This document shows, piece after piece, positions 34,949 to 44,173 of a DNA stretch of 51,725 nucleotides; the first letter of the stretch is position 1; each line of letters opens with the position of its first letter. Location of the stretch: the IMG/VR virus record IMGVR_UViG_2744054425_000001, positions 1 to 51,725 of that record. One strand, 5' to 3'. Both the position numbers and the translations under genes were made by a program. The notes below the pieces were generated by a model. It had not been told where the DNA came from and searched no databases. It saw only the letters and a program-made list of their open reading frames with translations. The DNA comes from a virus.

Positions 34949-35266
34949 ATGAAAAATCAAAATTTTGGCGATGCAGTAAAATTGTTAAAAGATGGCCAAC
35001 CGTTAAGGCGTTCAATTTGGCCTAAAGGTTTTTTTGTGTTTAGGCAAGTTCCTGCAGAAATAAAAAAAGATATTGTACCAAAAATGCAAAGTTTACCCAA
35101 TGCAGTAAAAGATGTATTTATAAAGCGTTTCAATGATCCAAAAAACCAAATAGACGCTATTTATTACAATAACCAATTAGCCCACGTGGGTTTAAGTAAT
35201 TTAATAACAGGTTGGCAACCATCAATCGAAGATGTTATGGCGGTTGATTGGGAAATTTTAAATTAA
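34949..35266 (+). CDS. DUF2829-family protein (Tad2-like candidate)
   Basis: NFGDAVKLLKDGQPLRRSIWPKG at the N-terminus and GWQPSIEDVMAVDWEIL at the C-terminus match the DUF2829 pattern. Size is 105 aa. The gene has its own AT-rich upstream region. Confidence 0.65.
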   Translation: MKNQNFGDAVKLLKDGQPLRRSIWPKGFFVFRQVPAEIKKDIVPKMQSLPNAVKDVFIKRFNDPKNQIDAIYYNNQLAHVGLSNLITGWQPSIEDVMAVDWEILN

Positions 35267-35269
35267 CAA

Positions 35270-35932
35270 ATGGCGGCCTTTAACGTAAACATGGACGGGA
35301 TCATTAAATTAACTTCCAAGTTGGAGAGGTTAAACCGGTCCGCGTTTCCGGTAGCCGTCCGTCAAACGTTGAACAACGCCGCGTTTACCACAAAGGAGTT
35401 GGTGCCAAAAGTGGCCGCGCAAAAGTTCACCACCCGCCAAAATAATTTTTTCCGTGCGTTTTCCGTAGTGGACAAGGCCACCGGGTTTAACGTTAACAAC
35501 ATGCGCGCCGTTGCTGGTATAAATGCCGCAAAAGGGGATAAAGTGGCGGACGGTTTGGAACAACAGGAAACCGGCGGAGTGGTAGAGGGTAGAAAGTTGA
35601 TACCGCACAACATGGGGCGTATTTCCGGGGCGTACGGCAAAAAGTTAAAAGCCAAAAACAGGTTTAGAAATATAAAGGTAGCCACCAAAGGTAAAAGGGT
35701 ACCGGGTGCCAAACATGTATTGATCAAAAAGGGCGGGCGCGGAACCGTGTTTGAAATTAAGCGTTTAAAGACAAAAACCAAGTTAACGCCAATTTACAGT
35801 TATAGGAACACCAATAAATCCAGGGTGGCCAAAACACCATTTATGGCGCCGTCGGCAATGTTGGCCGCGGCAAGGTTGCCGCAATACTACCAAAAGAACG
35901 CAGAAAACCAATTTAAAAGAATGTTGCAATAA
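35270..35932 (+). CDS. Putative neck/tail-completion protein (HK97 gp10-like, tentative)
   Basis: LERLNRSAFPVAVRQTLNNAAFTTKE resembles the gp10-family N-terminus. The protein is very basic. Confidence 0.35.
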   Translation: MAAFNVNMDGIIKLTSKLERLNRSAFPVAVRQTLNNAAFTTKELVPKVAAQKFTTRQNNFFRAFSVVDKATGFNVNNMRAVAGINAAKGDKVADGLEQQETGGVVEGRKLIPHNMGRISGAYGKKLKAKNRFRNIKVATKGKRVPGAKHVLIKKGGRGTVFEIKRLKTKTKLTPIYSYRNTNKSRVAKTPFMAPSAMLAAARLPQYYQKNAENQFKRMLQ

Positions 35933-37149
35933 TGAGTTGGAAAGACAGTTTAAAAAATAACCCGTTTAGGATCAAGACCGGGGACGGCAAAGAATACCGC
36001 CCGTTGTGGATCAGCGGGGAAAGGACGTTGGAATTTAACGCGGCCGTTTATGATTTTATAGACGTGTCCGGATCGTTGGTTGATCGTAAAAAACCAAAAT
36101 CCACAAAATACCCGTTGGTGTTTTATTTCCAGGGGGACGACAACGTGGCGCAATCAAAATTATTTGAAACGTCCGCAAAGGACAACCGCGCATGGGAGGT
36201 TAACCACCCATTTTATGGAACCATTACCGGCCAACCATTGGCAATTGCTTTTGACGATAGCGCGTTTAATATTACCAAAATAACGGTGGACTTTTGGGAA
36301 ACCATAACCCAGGATTACCCCAACACCAAAACGTCCGCCCGTGACACCATAATTAAAAAAGTAGGGGTTTTAAATGCGTTGGGCGTGTCCAATTACACAT
36401 CCGGGGCAAAACCGGAAAGTGCGGACATTTTCAAGATAAAGGAAAATAACACGGACGTGGCCGCCAAGTTTAATTTTATGCAGACCAAAGACACATTGGT
36501 GTCCTATAAAAACGCCGTGTCCAAAGCGGCCAAAAGTGTGGACAATTTAATTGCGTCACCTGGTGACGTTATACAGAACAACCAACAATTGTTGTTGTTG
36601 CCTTCCACGTACGACCGCCCCGTTAAGGATAGGTTAAACGCATTAAAATTGGCGTATATGGAAATTAAATCCATAATTACGGGCAAAAATGATAAATATT
36701 ATTTTGAAAGCCAGGCCGCCACAACATTGTCCGGCATTTCCCAGGCCGCAACGGATCCACAGGAAACGGACTATATAACACGGGACCAGGTAAGCGAAAG
36801 CACGGAACTAATTTTGGAAGTGTACAACGATTATTTGGAAACCGTGGACAACGCGCAAGTGGATCAATACGACGTGGACAATTCATGGTCCCCAAACGGA
36901 CAGTTGCAAACGGCGTTATATGATTTGGTAACGGAAACAATAGCGGGGTTGTATGGTTTGGCATTTGGGGCAAAACAGGAACGAATAGTGGAAACCGCCA
37001 CCGAAACCAATTTATTTTTGTTAACCCATAAGTATATGGGATTGGATCCGGACGACGAAAATTTGGAAACGTTCCGGACGATCAACAACATTCAAATGGA
37101 CGAATTGTTTAAAATAGCCAAGGGCCGAAAGATAAAATACTTTGTATAG
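35932..37149 (+). CDS. Baseplate/tail protein (Mu DNA-circulation-like position, tentative)
   Basis: 405 aa, located directly upstream of the hub (gpD-like) and spike genes. Confidence 0.35.
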   Translation: MSWKDSLKNNPFRIKTGDGKEYRPLWISGERTLEFNAAVYDFIDVSGSLVDRKKPKSTKYPLVFYFQGDDNVAQSKLFETSAKDNRAWEVNHPFYGTITGQPLAIAFDDSAFNITKITVDFWETITQDYPNTKTSARDTIIKKVGVLNALGVSNYTSGAKPESADIFKIKENNTDVAAKFNFMQTKDTLVSYKNAVSKAAKSVDNLIASPGDVIQNNQQLLLLPSTYDRPVKDRLNALKLAYMEIKSIITGKNDKYYFESQAATTLSGISQAATDPQETDYITRDQVSESTELILEVYNDYLETVDNAQVDQYDVDNSWSPNGQLQTALYDLVTETIAGLYGLAFGAKQERIVETATETNLFLLTHKYMGLDPDDENLETFRTINNIQMDELFKIAKGRKIKYFV

Positions 37150-38166
37150 ATGAAAATTAAAATTAACGGATCTTATCTTTATCATTTTTCGGACGTGGTG
37201 GTGTCGTTGGCATTGGACCAGGTGGCCAGTACATTTAGTTTTTTTGCGCGTTTTAATCCGGACAACGAACAGCACAAAGAAATTTTTAAACCGTTGAGTT
37301 TTCCAAAGGTGGAAATTTACGACGACAACAACACGTTAATGTTAACGGGCGTTATTGCCGTACATGCGTTTAAATCCCAGGCGGAACCATCATTGGTTCA
37401 ATTGTCCGGTTATTCGTTGCCGGGGGTGTTGGAAGATTGCACCATACCGGTTTCCGCGTACCCATTGGAAAGTATAAACCGGTCATTAAAGGACATTGCG
37501 GAAAAGTTGACCAAAATTTTTAACGTGTCGTTGTTTATAGATCCAGGGGTGCAACGGGAAGCGGCGGCCATTTACGCCAAAACCGTGGCAGAACCAACGG
37601 ACACCATAAAAACATATTTGGCCAAATTGGCCGCGCAACGCAATATTGTATTGAGCCACAACCCCAAAGGGCAATTGGTATTGTTCCGTCCGGACGTGTC
37701 CGCACAACCCGTGTATTTTTTCAATAAGGACAACACATTAAATATGGGGTTTTCCGTAAATGGCCAGGGGTTGCACAATGAGGTTTCTATAATACGGCAA
37801 CCGTCGGAAAAAAGCGGCAACGCGTCGTTGGTGGATACCGCTAAAAATTTATTGGTGGGCGCGTTCCGTCCCACGGTCGGCGTGTTGTCGTCCGGGATTA
37901 CCGCGGACACCAAAAAAGCAGCGGACAACAAAATGGCCGCGGAATTAAAAAACATTTCGTTGTCCGTGGTAAGGGAAGGATATTTGGCCATTGTTCCAGG
38001 TCAGACCGTGGAAGCACAGAACAAAGAAATTTATTTGTACCAACGCACCCGTTTTGTGGCGGACAATGTAACCATTACCAAAAAGGAAACCGGGTACACC
38101 ACGGAAATTAATTTGGTGTTGCCGGAAACGTTCACAGGGGCCACCCCTAAAAATATTTTTGCATGA
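37150..38166 (+). CDS. Baseplate hub protein (P2 gpD / Mu gpP-like)
   Basis: 338 aa, immediately upstream of the spike gene. The pattern SLALDQVASTFSF...VEIYDDNNTLMLTGVI is typical of gpD-like proteins. Confidence 0.5.
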   Translation: MKIKINGSYLYHFSDVVVSLALDQVASTFSFFARFNPDNEQHKEIFKPLSFPKVEIYDDNNTLMLTGVIAVHAFKSQAEPSLVQLSGYSLPGVLEDCTIPVSAYPLESINRSLKDIAEKLTKIFNVSLFIDPGVQREAAAIYAKTVAEPTDTIKTYLAKLAAQRNIVLSHNPKGQLVLFRPDVSAQPVYFFNKDNTLNMGFSVNGQGLHNEVSIIRQPSEKSGNASLVDTAKNLLVGAFRPTVGVLSSGITADTKKAADNKMAAELKNISLSVVREGYLAIVPGQTVEAQNKEIYLYQRTRFVADNVTITKKETGYTTEINLVLPETFTGATPKNIFA

Positions 38167-38651
38167 TCACTTTTAGTATTGTTAAAGATTCCATTTTGGA
38201 CGCCGGCAAGCGCATTTTAAAAATTGTAGAGTTTGGGCCTAAGACCACCAAGGAGTGCGCGCCGTTCGGGGAAGATTCCGCCCCGTTAAAAGATATGGTG
38301 GCCATACATGCCAGGACCACGGAAAGCGGGGAAAGCGTCGTAATTGGGTACATAAACAAAGACCAATTGGCCAACCCAGGGGAAAAACGCATGTACAGTT
38401 TAAAACCGGACGGATCATTGAGTTTTGATATTTATTTGAAGAACGACGGCACCGTGGAAATTGGCGGAAACGGGCACCACCTGGTTAAGTACGCCCCATT
38501 AAATACGGCGTTGACAGACCAGGACACCGCCATTAACACGGAATTGGGCAAAATTGCATTGGCCATTGGTTCGTTGGGCGGTACGTACACCCCGGCAACC
38601 GTGGCCACGGACATTTCAGCAAGCCGGGCGGAAAACGTAAAAACGGGTTAA
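38163..38651 (+). CDS. Baseplate spike/assembly protein V (Mu gp45-like)
   Basis: Contains FGEDSAPLKDMVAIHARTTESGESVVIGYINKDQLANPGEKRMYS...DGTVEIGGNG. Confidence 0.55.
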   Translation: MITFSIVKDSILDAGKRILKIVEFGPKTTKECAPFGEDSAPLKDMVAIHARTTESGESVVIGYINKDQLANPGEKRMYSLKPDGSLSFDIYLKNDGTVEIGGNGHHLVKYAPLNTALTDQDTAINTELGKIALAIGSLGGTYTPATVATDISASRAENVKTG

Positions 38652-38745
38652 ATGTTAAAATTTCATGTTTAGCGAAAAAAATGTGCATTGGGTGTTGTTT
38701 TACTGAAATATACAACGTATATTTACGGTGTTGAATTAATAAAAA
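38650..38745 (+). promoter_or_regulatory. R3: copy 3 of the conserved promoter cassette, inside the structural region
   Basis: Aligns with R1 and R2, including the TTG, the AAATATA-CAACG-TATATTT palindrome and GTGTTGAATTAATAAA. Confidence 0.7.
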
Positions 38746-38753
38746 CAATCACC

Positions 38754-39026
38754 ATGAAAACATTATCTAAAAGAATCGAAGAATTTGTAAAAAAAGCCGG
38801 GTTAGTTGATCTAGTAAAAGAGGAAGCCACAAAATTAAATGGTTTGTACGAAGCCATGGACCAGGCATACGACGCGGACGACATGGAAAAATGGGAAACC
38901 CTATCCAATGAAATGGACGCTTTAAACAAGGTTATTAAAAACAAAATAATTAAGGCGTGCCCAATTAAATTGGAAGATGTAGTTTTAAAAAATTTGGTTG
39001 CTTATTCCATAGACGGCAACATTTAA
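38754..39026 (+). CDS. Hypothetical acidic helical protein (90 aa) driven by R3
   Basis: First ATG after the repeat. It is followed by two hairpins, the second with a T-run. Confidence 0.55.
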   Translation: MKTLSKRIEEFVKKAGLVDLVKEEATKLNGLYEAMDQAYDADDMEKWETLSNEMDALNKVIKNKIIKACPIKLEDVVLKNLVAYSIDGNI

Positions 39027-39070
39027 AAAACCCGCCGATTTTTTATAAGTCGGCAAAGTTTCCCCACCAA

Positions 39071-39132
39071 CCACCCAACCGGGTGGTTTTTTTGTACTTC
39101 AAATTTTTGGAGTTTACAATACTTAGTTTTGG
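39071..39132 (+). promoter_or_regulatory. DR-A copy 2: 62-bp terminator plus putative late promoter
   Basis: Identical to 21331..21392. Confidence 0.75.
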
Positions 39133-39152
39133 GACGTTATAACACCTTTAAA

Positions 39153-39449
39153 ATGTCCGTATCCATTACCATTTACATTGAGAGCAAACCCACGTTATTG
39201 GCCAAAATACAGGCCATAGAAGCGTTGATCGATTCCATGTTTTTAAGAATGGCAGAGGTTGCCGGGGGTTTGGGTTCCACCGTGGACGAATATTCCATGG
39301 ACGATGGACAAATGAAGGTACGCACAAGTTACAGAAACGTGGACGACGTTTCCCAGGGCATTAAAGCGTTGGAAGCCTTAAAACAACAGTATATAAACCG
39401 GTACAACGGGCGCGTGGTCAATTTGCGCGACGCCCGCGGATTAAGATAA
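39153..39449 (+). CDS. gpW-like head-tail joining protein
   Basis: DGQMKVRTSYRNVDDVSQGIKALEALKQQ parallels lambda gpW [25 protein letters not shown]. It lies directly upstream of a lambda-type portal gene. Confidence 0.5.
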   Translation: MSVSITIYIESKPTLLAKIQAIEALIDSMFLRMAEVAGGLGSTVDEYSMDDGQMKVRTSYRNVDDVSQGIKALEALKQQYINRYNGRVVNLRDARGLR

Positions 39450-39451
39450 GC

Positions 39452-41059
39452 ATGAAGATATTAGGATTTAACATTGGCGGTAAAAAAACGAACGTAAACG
39501 CGGAAAGTTCCACATACGACCATTACAAGGGCGGTAATTGGGTGCCTATAAAAAATGGCAAATTTGATGGCGAAAAAACCCCCGGCGAATTGGGCGACGT
39601 GTACCGGTTGGAAACCGACACCGAGCGTTTAAGGTTGCGCGCGTACGAAGCCAATTTAACCAACGACGTGGTGCGCATGATCACCGGTAAATTTTTTAAA
39701 TGGATCATTGGCAGCGGTCTAAAATTACAGGCGGAACCAAGCGAAAAAGCATTGGCCACGGAGGGCATAAAAGCAGATTTTGAAACGTTCCGCGAACATG
39801 TGGAAGCAAGATATGATATATACGCCAATAGTAACGTGGCGGATTATTCCGGAATGGCAAACCTACATAAAAAAGCGGCGGAAGCGTTCGCGGGTTCCTT
39901 TTTTGGGGACATGTTGGTGGTTTTGCGAGTAGAAAACGGAATACCAAATGTCCAGGTTATAGACGGGGAACACGTGCGTCAACCGTGGATGGATGAAAAA
40001 TGGGAGAAAGAAGCCAAGGCCCGCGGCAACATTATACGTAACGGTATAGAAATGGACCCCCGCGGAAAACACGTTGCGTTTTATGTTTTAAAGGAAAGCA
40101 CGGACAGCATATTGGGAGAATTTACAAGGGTTCCGGCATACGGTAAGAACAGCAACCGCAAAATGGCGTGGATGTTGTACACGGCAAAACACCGGGCCGG
40201 ATCGGATAGGGGCATGCCCGTAATTGCCCCGGTGTTGGAAAAGGTGGCCAAATTGGACAGGTACACGGAAGCCACCGTGGGCACCGCGGAAGAACGCGCC
40301 AAAATTGTGTTTGCCATAGAACATTCCAAGGACAGCACCGGCGAAAACCCGTTGTTGGGCAAAATGAAGGCCGCCGCCGGTATGGGCAAACCGGAAGCCA
40401 CGGAAACGGAAGGGTACGCATTAGGGGAAAAGACCGCCCAAAACATTGCCGTTTCCACGGGCAAAGAAACGTATAACATGCCCATTGGGGCCAAATTGTC
40501 CGCCCTATATTCCCAGGGTGAAATACAATACGAGCCGTTTTGGCGCGCCGTGTTCAATTCCATTTGTGCGGCCGTGGACATACCCCCGGAAGTTGCGTTG
40601 CAAATGTACAACAGCAATTACAGCGCGTCCAGGGCGGCAATTAACGGTTGGCAATATATAATTAATGTGTACCGTAAAAACTTTTGCACGGACTTTTATT
40701 TGCCCATTTACCAATTGTGGTTGGAAACCGAAATATTACGCGGAAGCATTAAGGCACCCGGATATTTAAAACCTGGTGCAAGTTACTTAATAATGGAATC
40801 TTACGGCAAAGCGCGTTTTATGGGCCAAAACTTGCCACATATAGACCCGTTAAAAGAGGTAAAAGCATTTGTGGAAATGTTGGACGCCGGATTGATTACG
40901 CATGAAATGGCCACAGAATTGTTGAATATGGGCGATTGGGGCGAAAACTTCAACAAATTGGTTAAGGAATTGGAATTGAGAAAGGCCAAGGAGCCAAAAC
41001 AGGATCCGGCAAAGGAAGAACAACCAAAAGACAATAATAATGGCGCAAATAAGAATTAA
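39452..41059 (+). CDS. Portal protein, lambda gpB family
   Basis: 535 aa. NGIEMDPRGKHVAFYV and the overall pattern are typical of Phage_portal_2. It partners the GpA-type terminase. Confidence 0.75.
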   Translation: MKILGFNIGGKKTNVNAESSTYDHYKGGNWVPIKNGKFDGEKTPGELGDVYRLETDTERLRLRAYEANLTNDVVRMITGKFFKWIIGSGLKLQAEPSEKALATEGIKADFETFREHVEARYDIYANSNVADYSGMANLHKKAAEAFAGSFFGDMLVVLRVENGIPNVQVIDGEHVRQPWMDEKWEKEAKARGNIIRNGIEMDPRGKHVAFYVLKESTDSILGEFTRVPAYGKNSNRKMAWMLYTAKHRAGSDRGMPVIAPVLEKVAKLDRYTEATVGTAEERAKIVFAIEHSKDSTGENPLLGKMKAAAGMGKPEATETEGYALGEKTAQNIAVSTGKETYNMPIGAKLSALYSQGEIQYEPFWRAVFNSICAAVDIPPEVALQMYNSNYSASRAAINGWQYIINVYRKNFCTDFYLPIYQLWLETEILRGSIKAPGYLKPGASYLIMESYGKARFMGQNLPHIDPLKEVKAFVEMLDAGLITHEMATELLNMGDWGENFNKLVKELELRKAKEPKQDPAKEEQPKDNNNGANKN

Positions 41060-41429
41060 AAGCGAAATAAAGACCGTCAATTGGTCCGCAAATTTACGCC
41101 CGCGCGTTGGGGCCATGATCCAACACAACGGTTATTATTGGATCAATAATACCGGTATAAATTCGGAACCGGCCGTGGGCGAGGATTGGAGCAAAGCCGG
41201 GGCAACGGACGCCGGCAGTAATTCCGGGTTGATCACCTTAGAGGATTACCCCGGATATGTAATAGACAAACAAGGAAAGGCCAACACGTCCATGGCGCAA
41301 TCGGGCGACATTTTCATGGGGGCAAATCCTAGTTATTTTGACGGGGACTATATAATAGCCAAAGTAAAGAACGACAACCCCGCGTCGGAATCAGATTTTA
41401 ATGAACCAGGAATAAGGACAGTATTATGA
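41040..41429 (+). CDS. Hypothetical protein (129 aa), possible CBM5/12-like motif
   Basis: GAMIQHNGYYWINNTGINSEPAVGEDWS resembles small carbohydrate-binding modules. It overlaps the portal stop by 20 nt. Confidence 0.5.
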   Translation: MAQIRIKSEIKTVNWSANLRPRVGAMIQHNGYYWINNTGINSEPAVGEDWSKAGATDAGSNSGLITLEDYPGYVIDKQGKANTSMAQSGDIFMGANPSYFDGDYIIAKVKNDNPASESDFNEPGIRTVL

Positions 41430-41683
41430 AAGCAGCAATAATATTATTGGCAATATTGGTGGTTTTGTTGTCTTTGTGCGTGGTGTTGCTATACAATAAA
41501 ATAAATCAATTGGAAGCGGCCACGGGACAGGAAAACGACGATTTGCGGGCAGATTTCAACAACGCCATACAAGGGTTAAAAAACACCACCCCCAGGATTT
41601 TTATTGATCCGGAAATGGAAGCCATTTTAAACACGCCCGGAGGGGCAGAATTAACACGATTTAAATTAAAAAAGGACGAATGA
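41426..41683 (+). CDS. Single-pass membrane protein (85 aa)
   Basis: N-terminal TM helix MKAAIILLAILVVLLSLCVVLLY. ATGA overlaps at both ends. Confidence 0.55.
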   Translation: MKAAIILLAILVVLLSLCVVLLYNKINQLEAATGQENDDLRADFNNAIQGLKNTTPRIFIDPEMEAILNTPGGAELTRFKLKKDE

Positions 41684-43602
41684 AAAAATTAATTGTTTTA
41701 CTGTTTTTGTTGTTGGGCGTGGCCATGAACGCGCAAATTTATACAGGGTACCAACGCCACGGAAAAAAGACCACCGCGGAAATTGGGGACATTGACGTGT
41801 CCAATACCAACGTTATTTACACCGCGTACGATACCACATTGGGCATTGAAGTAATAAATACAGGTTCCGGGTGGGTGCCTAGGATTACCGCGGGCGGAAC
41901 TATTGACGCCATACCAACGGACGGAAGTAACAACGCCGTTTCTAGTAATGGGGTGTTTGATCAGTTGGCTTTAAAAGCGGGTTTGTCGGGTAATAATTCA
42001 TTTACAGGCACAAACAGTTTTAATAAAATTTATATTGATGGAAATTTAGGTGCGGGGGCTTATTCGATGTTAACCATGCGCAAAGTTTCTTCTAATTCAT
42101 TAAATATTATACCCCATGATTCCGATTTTGCCAACATTTATGTGGAGCCTTTAGGATCCTTTACAGTTGCGTACAACAACGGATCGGACGACATTAATTA
42201 CACATTTTATACTCAATATTTAACTAATTCCAGGACATACACTTTACCGGATGCAACAGGGACATTGGCGTTAACTTCTGATTTAGGAAGTTACTTACCA
42301 TTGGGAGGTGGCCAAATGGCGGGCAATATTACGTATAGTTCAAACGCATACGCCATTGGCAATACCACAAATGCGTTGGGTGCGTTATATGCGCGTTGGA
42401 TTTATCACGAGCCGGTTAATCCGGCCACAAGATCTTGGAAAACCACCTCTAACAGTTCAAACAATCAGTTGGCTTTTGAAGCGGAAACGGCAGCCGGTAG
42501 CGATACACATGCGTTAATGTATTCGTTGAATGTTTCGGGAACGCCAATAATAGCGACGGATTTAACCGATAAAGCATATGTGGACAGCGTTGTTAATGGC
42601 GACGCCACAACATTGGGCGGCCGTAGTTCCGTACAATATATGTGGGACAATGGCGGCGTGGGCGGCGCATATAATTGGAACACGGGACCAACGGCCAATG
42701 GTACATATTATTCAAGCAACCCCAGCGACGACATAAACGCGCCTTTTAGCACGTCTAGCAATAGCACGTTGTTGAATTTAAAGGGCGGAACACAAATTGC
42801 ACAATTGGCCGTGGACGGTACACCAGGGAACAATCGTTGGTGGGTTAGGTCGTCCGGCAATTCTGGTTCTACATTTTCCGCATGGAAAGAATTAGGTACA
42901 GACGATCAAACAGCATCTGAAGTACCTATAACGGATGCAGGGGATTATTTTACGGGTACAACACTTGAAACTGTCACTCAAGAAATAGGTGCTTCTATTG
43001 AATCAACAATACAAATGGACCCAAACAGCCCTGAACCAATTACAGGTTTTGCAAAAGGTACAACGGAAGCACTTAACGCAGCGGGCTTGGACCCTAATAC
43101 AATAGGTTTCCCAACAGATGCCACTAATAACCTAGTGGATATAGATGATGTGGGAACAGCTACCCCAACAGATAAACACGCTTTAATGGGCGATGGAGAT
43201 AGTTGGGAAAGCAGGGCTTTGGTTAAAGCGGATATAAGTGATTTTAATAGGGATGCTTCTTTTGGGGTTTCTTTATCCAATACCACCACGGCAATAACCA
43301 CAGGAACAGCCAAGGAAACCATTAAACTACCTTATGCAATGACCGTAACGGGTGTTTATGCAAGTGTGGCAACGGTTTCAAGTTCTGGCGTGGTAACAGT
43401 AGATATAAACGAAGGTGGTACTTCCATACTTTCTACAAAATTAACGATAGATGCGAGCGAAAAAGGAAGTGACACAGCAGCAACTCCAGCAGTAATAAGT
43501 GATAGTTCCATTGCCCAATATGGAGAATTGACGTTTGATATTGATACAGCAGGAACAGGTGCGGTAAATTTAAAGGTTTGGGTAATAGGTACTAAAAATT
43601 AA
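41680..43602 (+). CDS. Signal-peptide protein with tail-fibre-like region (640 aa)
   Basis: MKKLIVLLFLLLGVAMNAQ is a Sec-type signal. DGSNNAVSSNGVFDQLALKA is a fibre-like motif. The remainder is Thr/Ser/Gly/Asn-rich. Confidence 0.6.
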   Translation: MKKLIVLLFLLLGVAMNAQIYTGYQRHGKKTTAEIGDIDVSNTNVIYTAYDTTLGIEVINTGSGWVPRITAGGTIDAIPTDGSNNAVSSNGVFDQLALKAGLSGNNSFTGTNSFNKIYIDGNLGAGAYSMLTMRKVSSNSLNIIPHDSDFANIYVEPLGSFTVAYNNGSDDINYTFYTQYLTNSRTYTLPDATGTLALTSDLGSYLPLGGGQMAGNITYSSNAYAIGNTTNALGALYARWIYHEPVNPATRSWKTTSNSSNNQLAFEAETAAGSDTHALMYSLNVSGTPIIATDLTDKAYVDSVVNGDATTLGGRSSVQYMWDNGGVGGAYNWNTGPTANGTYYSSNPSDDINAPFSTSSNSTLLNLKGGTQIAQLAVDGTPGNNRWWVRSSGNSGSTFSAWKELGTDDQTASEVPITDAGDYFTGTTLETVTQEIGASIESTIQMDPNSPEPITGFAKGTTEALNAAGLDPNTIGFPTDATNNLVDIDDVGTATPTDKHALMGDGDSWESRALVKADISDFNRDASFGVSLSNTTTAITTGTAKETIKLPYAMTVTGVYASVATVSSSGVVTVDINEGGTSILSTKLTIDASEKGSDTAATPAVISDSSIAQYGELTFDIDTAGTGAVNLKVWVIGTKN

Positions 43603-43606
43603 GAAA

Positions 43607-44173
43607 ATGAAAAGGGTTTTAATTTTATTATTAATATTTACTATCTATTCAGGCCATGGCCAGGGTATCTTATTTGATAGTTATAAATTTGTTTCTTGTG
43701 CCCCAGATCCTAATGAAAAGGCCACGGATTTAAATGCAGCTAACGACCCCAACTGTACAGAAGCGGACAGTACAGCCGGGTGGGCAGTTTATTCTGGTGA
43801 TGCTGTTATTACTTCAGCAGGAACAGATGTATATTGTGGTGCTTCTAAAATAGTAATAACAACCCCAACAGGCACTTCTTCTTCTGTAACCTATTCAATT
43901 GCAGACCCAACAAATGGATCTACATATACAGTTACATTTTGGGCAAGAACTAATGGCGGTTGTGATGCTACTATGTCAGCATGGATAAACTGCACTGGTG
44001 GCCCTGCTGGGGTAGATGTAACTACCACATGGACACAATACACATATAATATTACAACTACAAACACATGGGCCAGATTAAGATTTTATCCAGATGGTGG
44101 TGGTGAAAGTGGTTGTGGTGCCCCCGGTGATACAATAGAAATTGATTGTTTATCAATAATTAAGACAAGCTAA
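43607..44173 (+). CDS. Signal-peptide protein, CBM4/9-like jelly-roll (188 aa)
   Basis: Signal peptide MKRVLILLLIFTIYSGHGQ, followed by the pattern W..YSGDA...TYTVTFWAR...WTQYTY...ARLRFY...IEIDCLSI. Confidence 0.55.
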   Translation: MKRVLILLLIFTIYSGHGQGILFDSYKFVSCAPDPNEKATDLNAANDPNCTEADSTAGWAVYSGDAVITSAGTDVYCGASKIVITTPTGTSSSVTYSIADPTNGSTYTVTFWARTNGGCDATMSAWINCTGGPAGVDVTTTWTQYTYNITTTNTWARLRFYPDGGGESGCGAPGDTIEIDCLSIIKTS

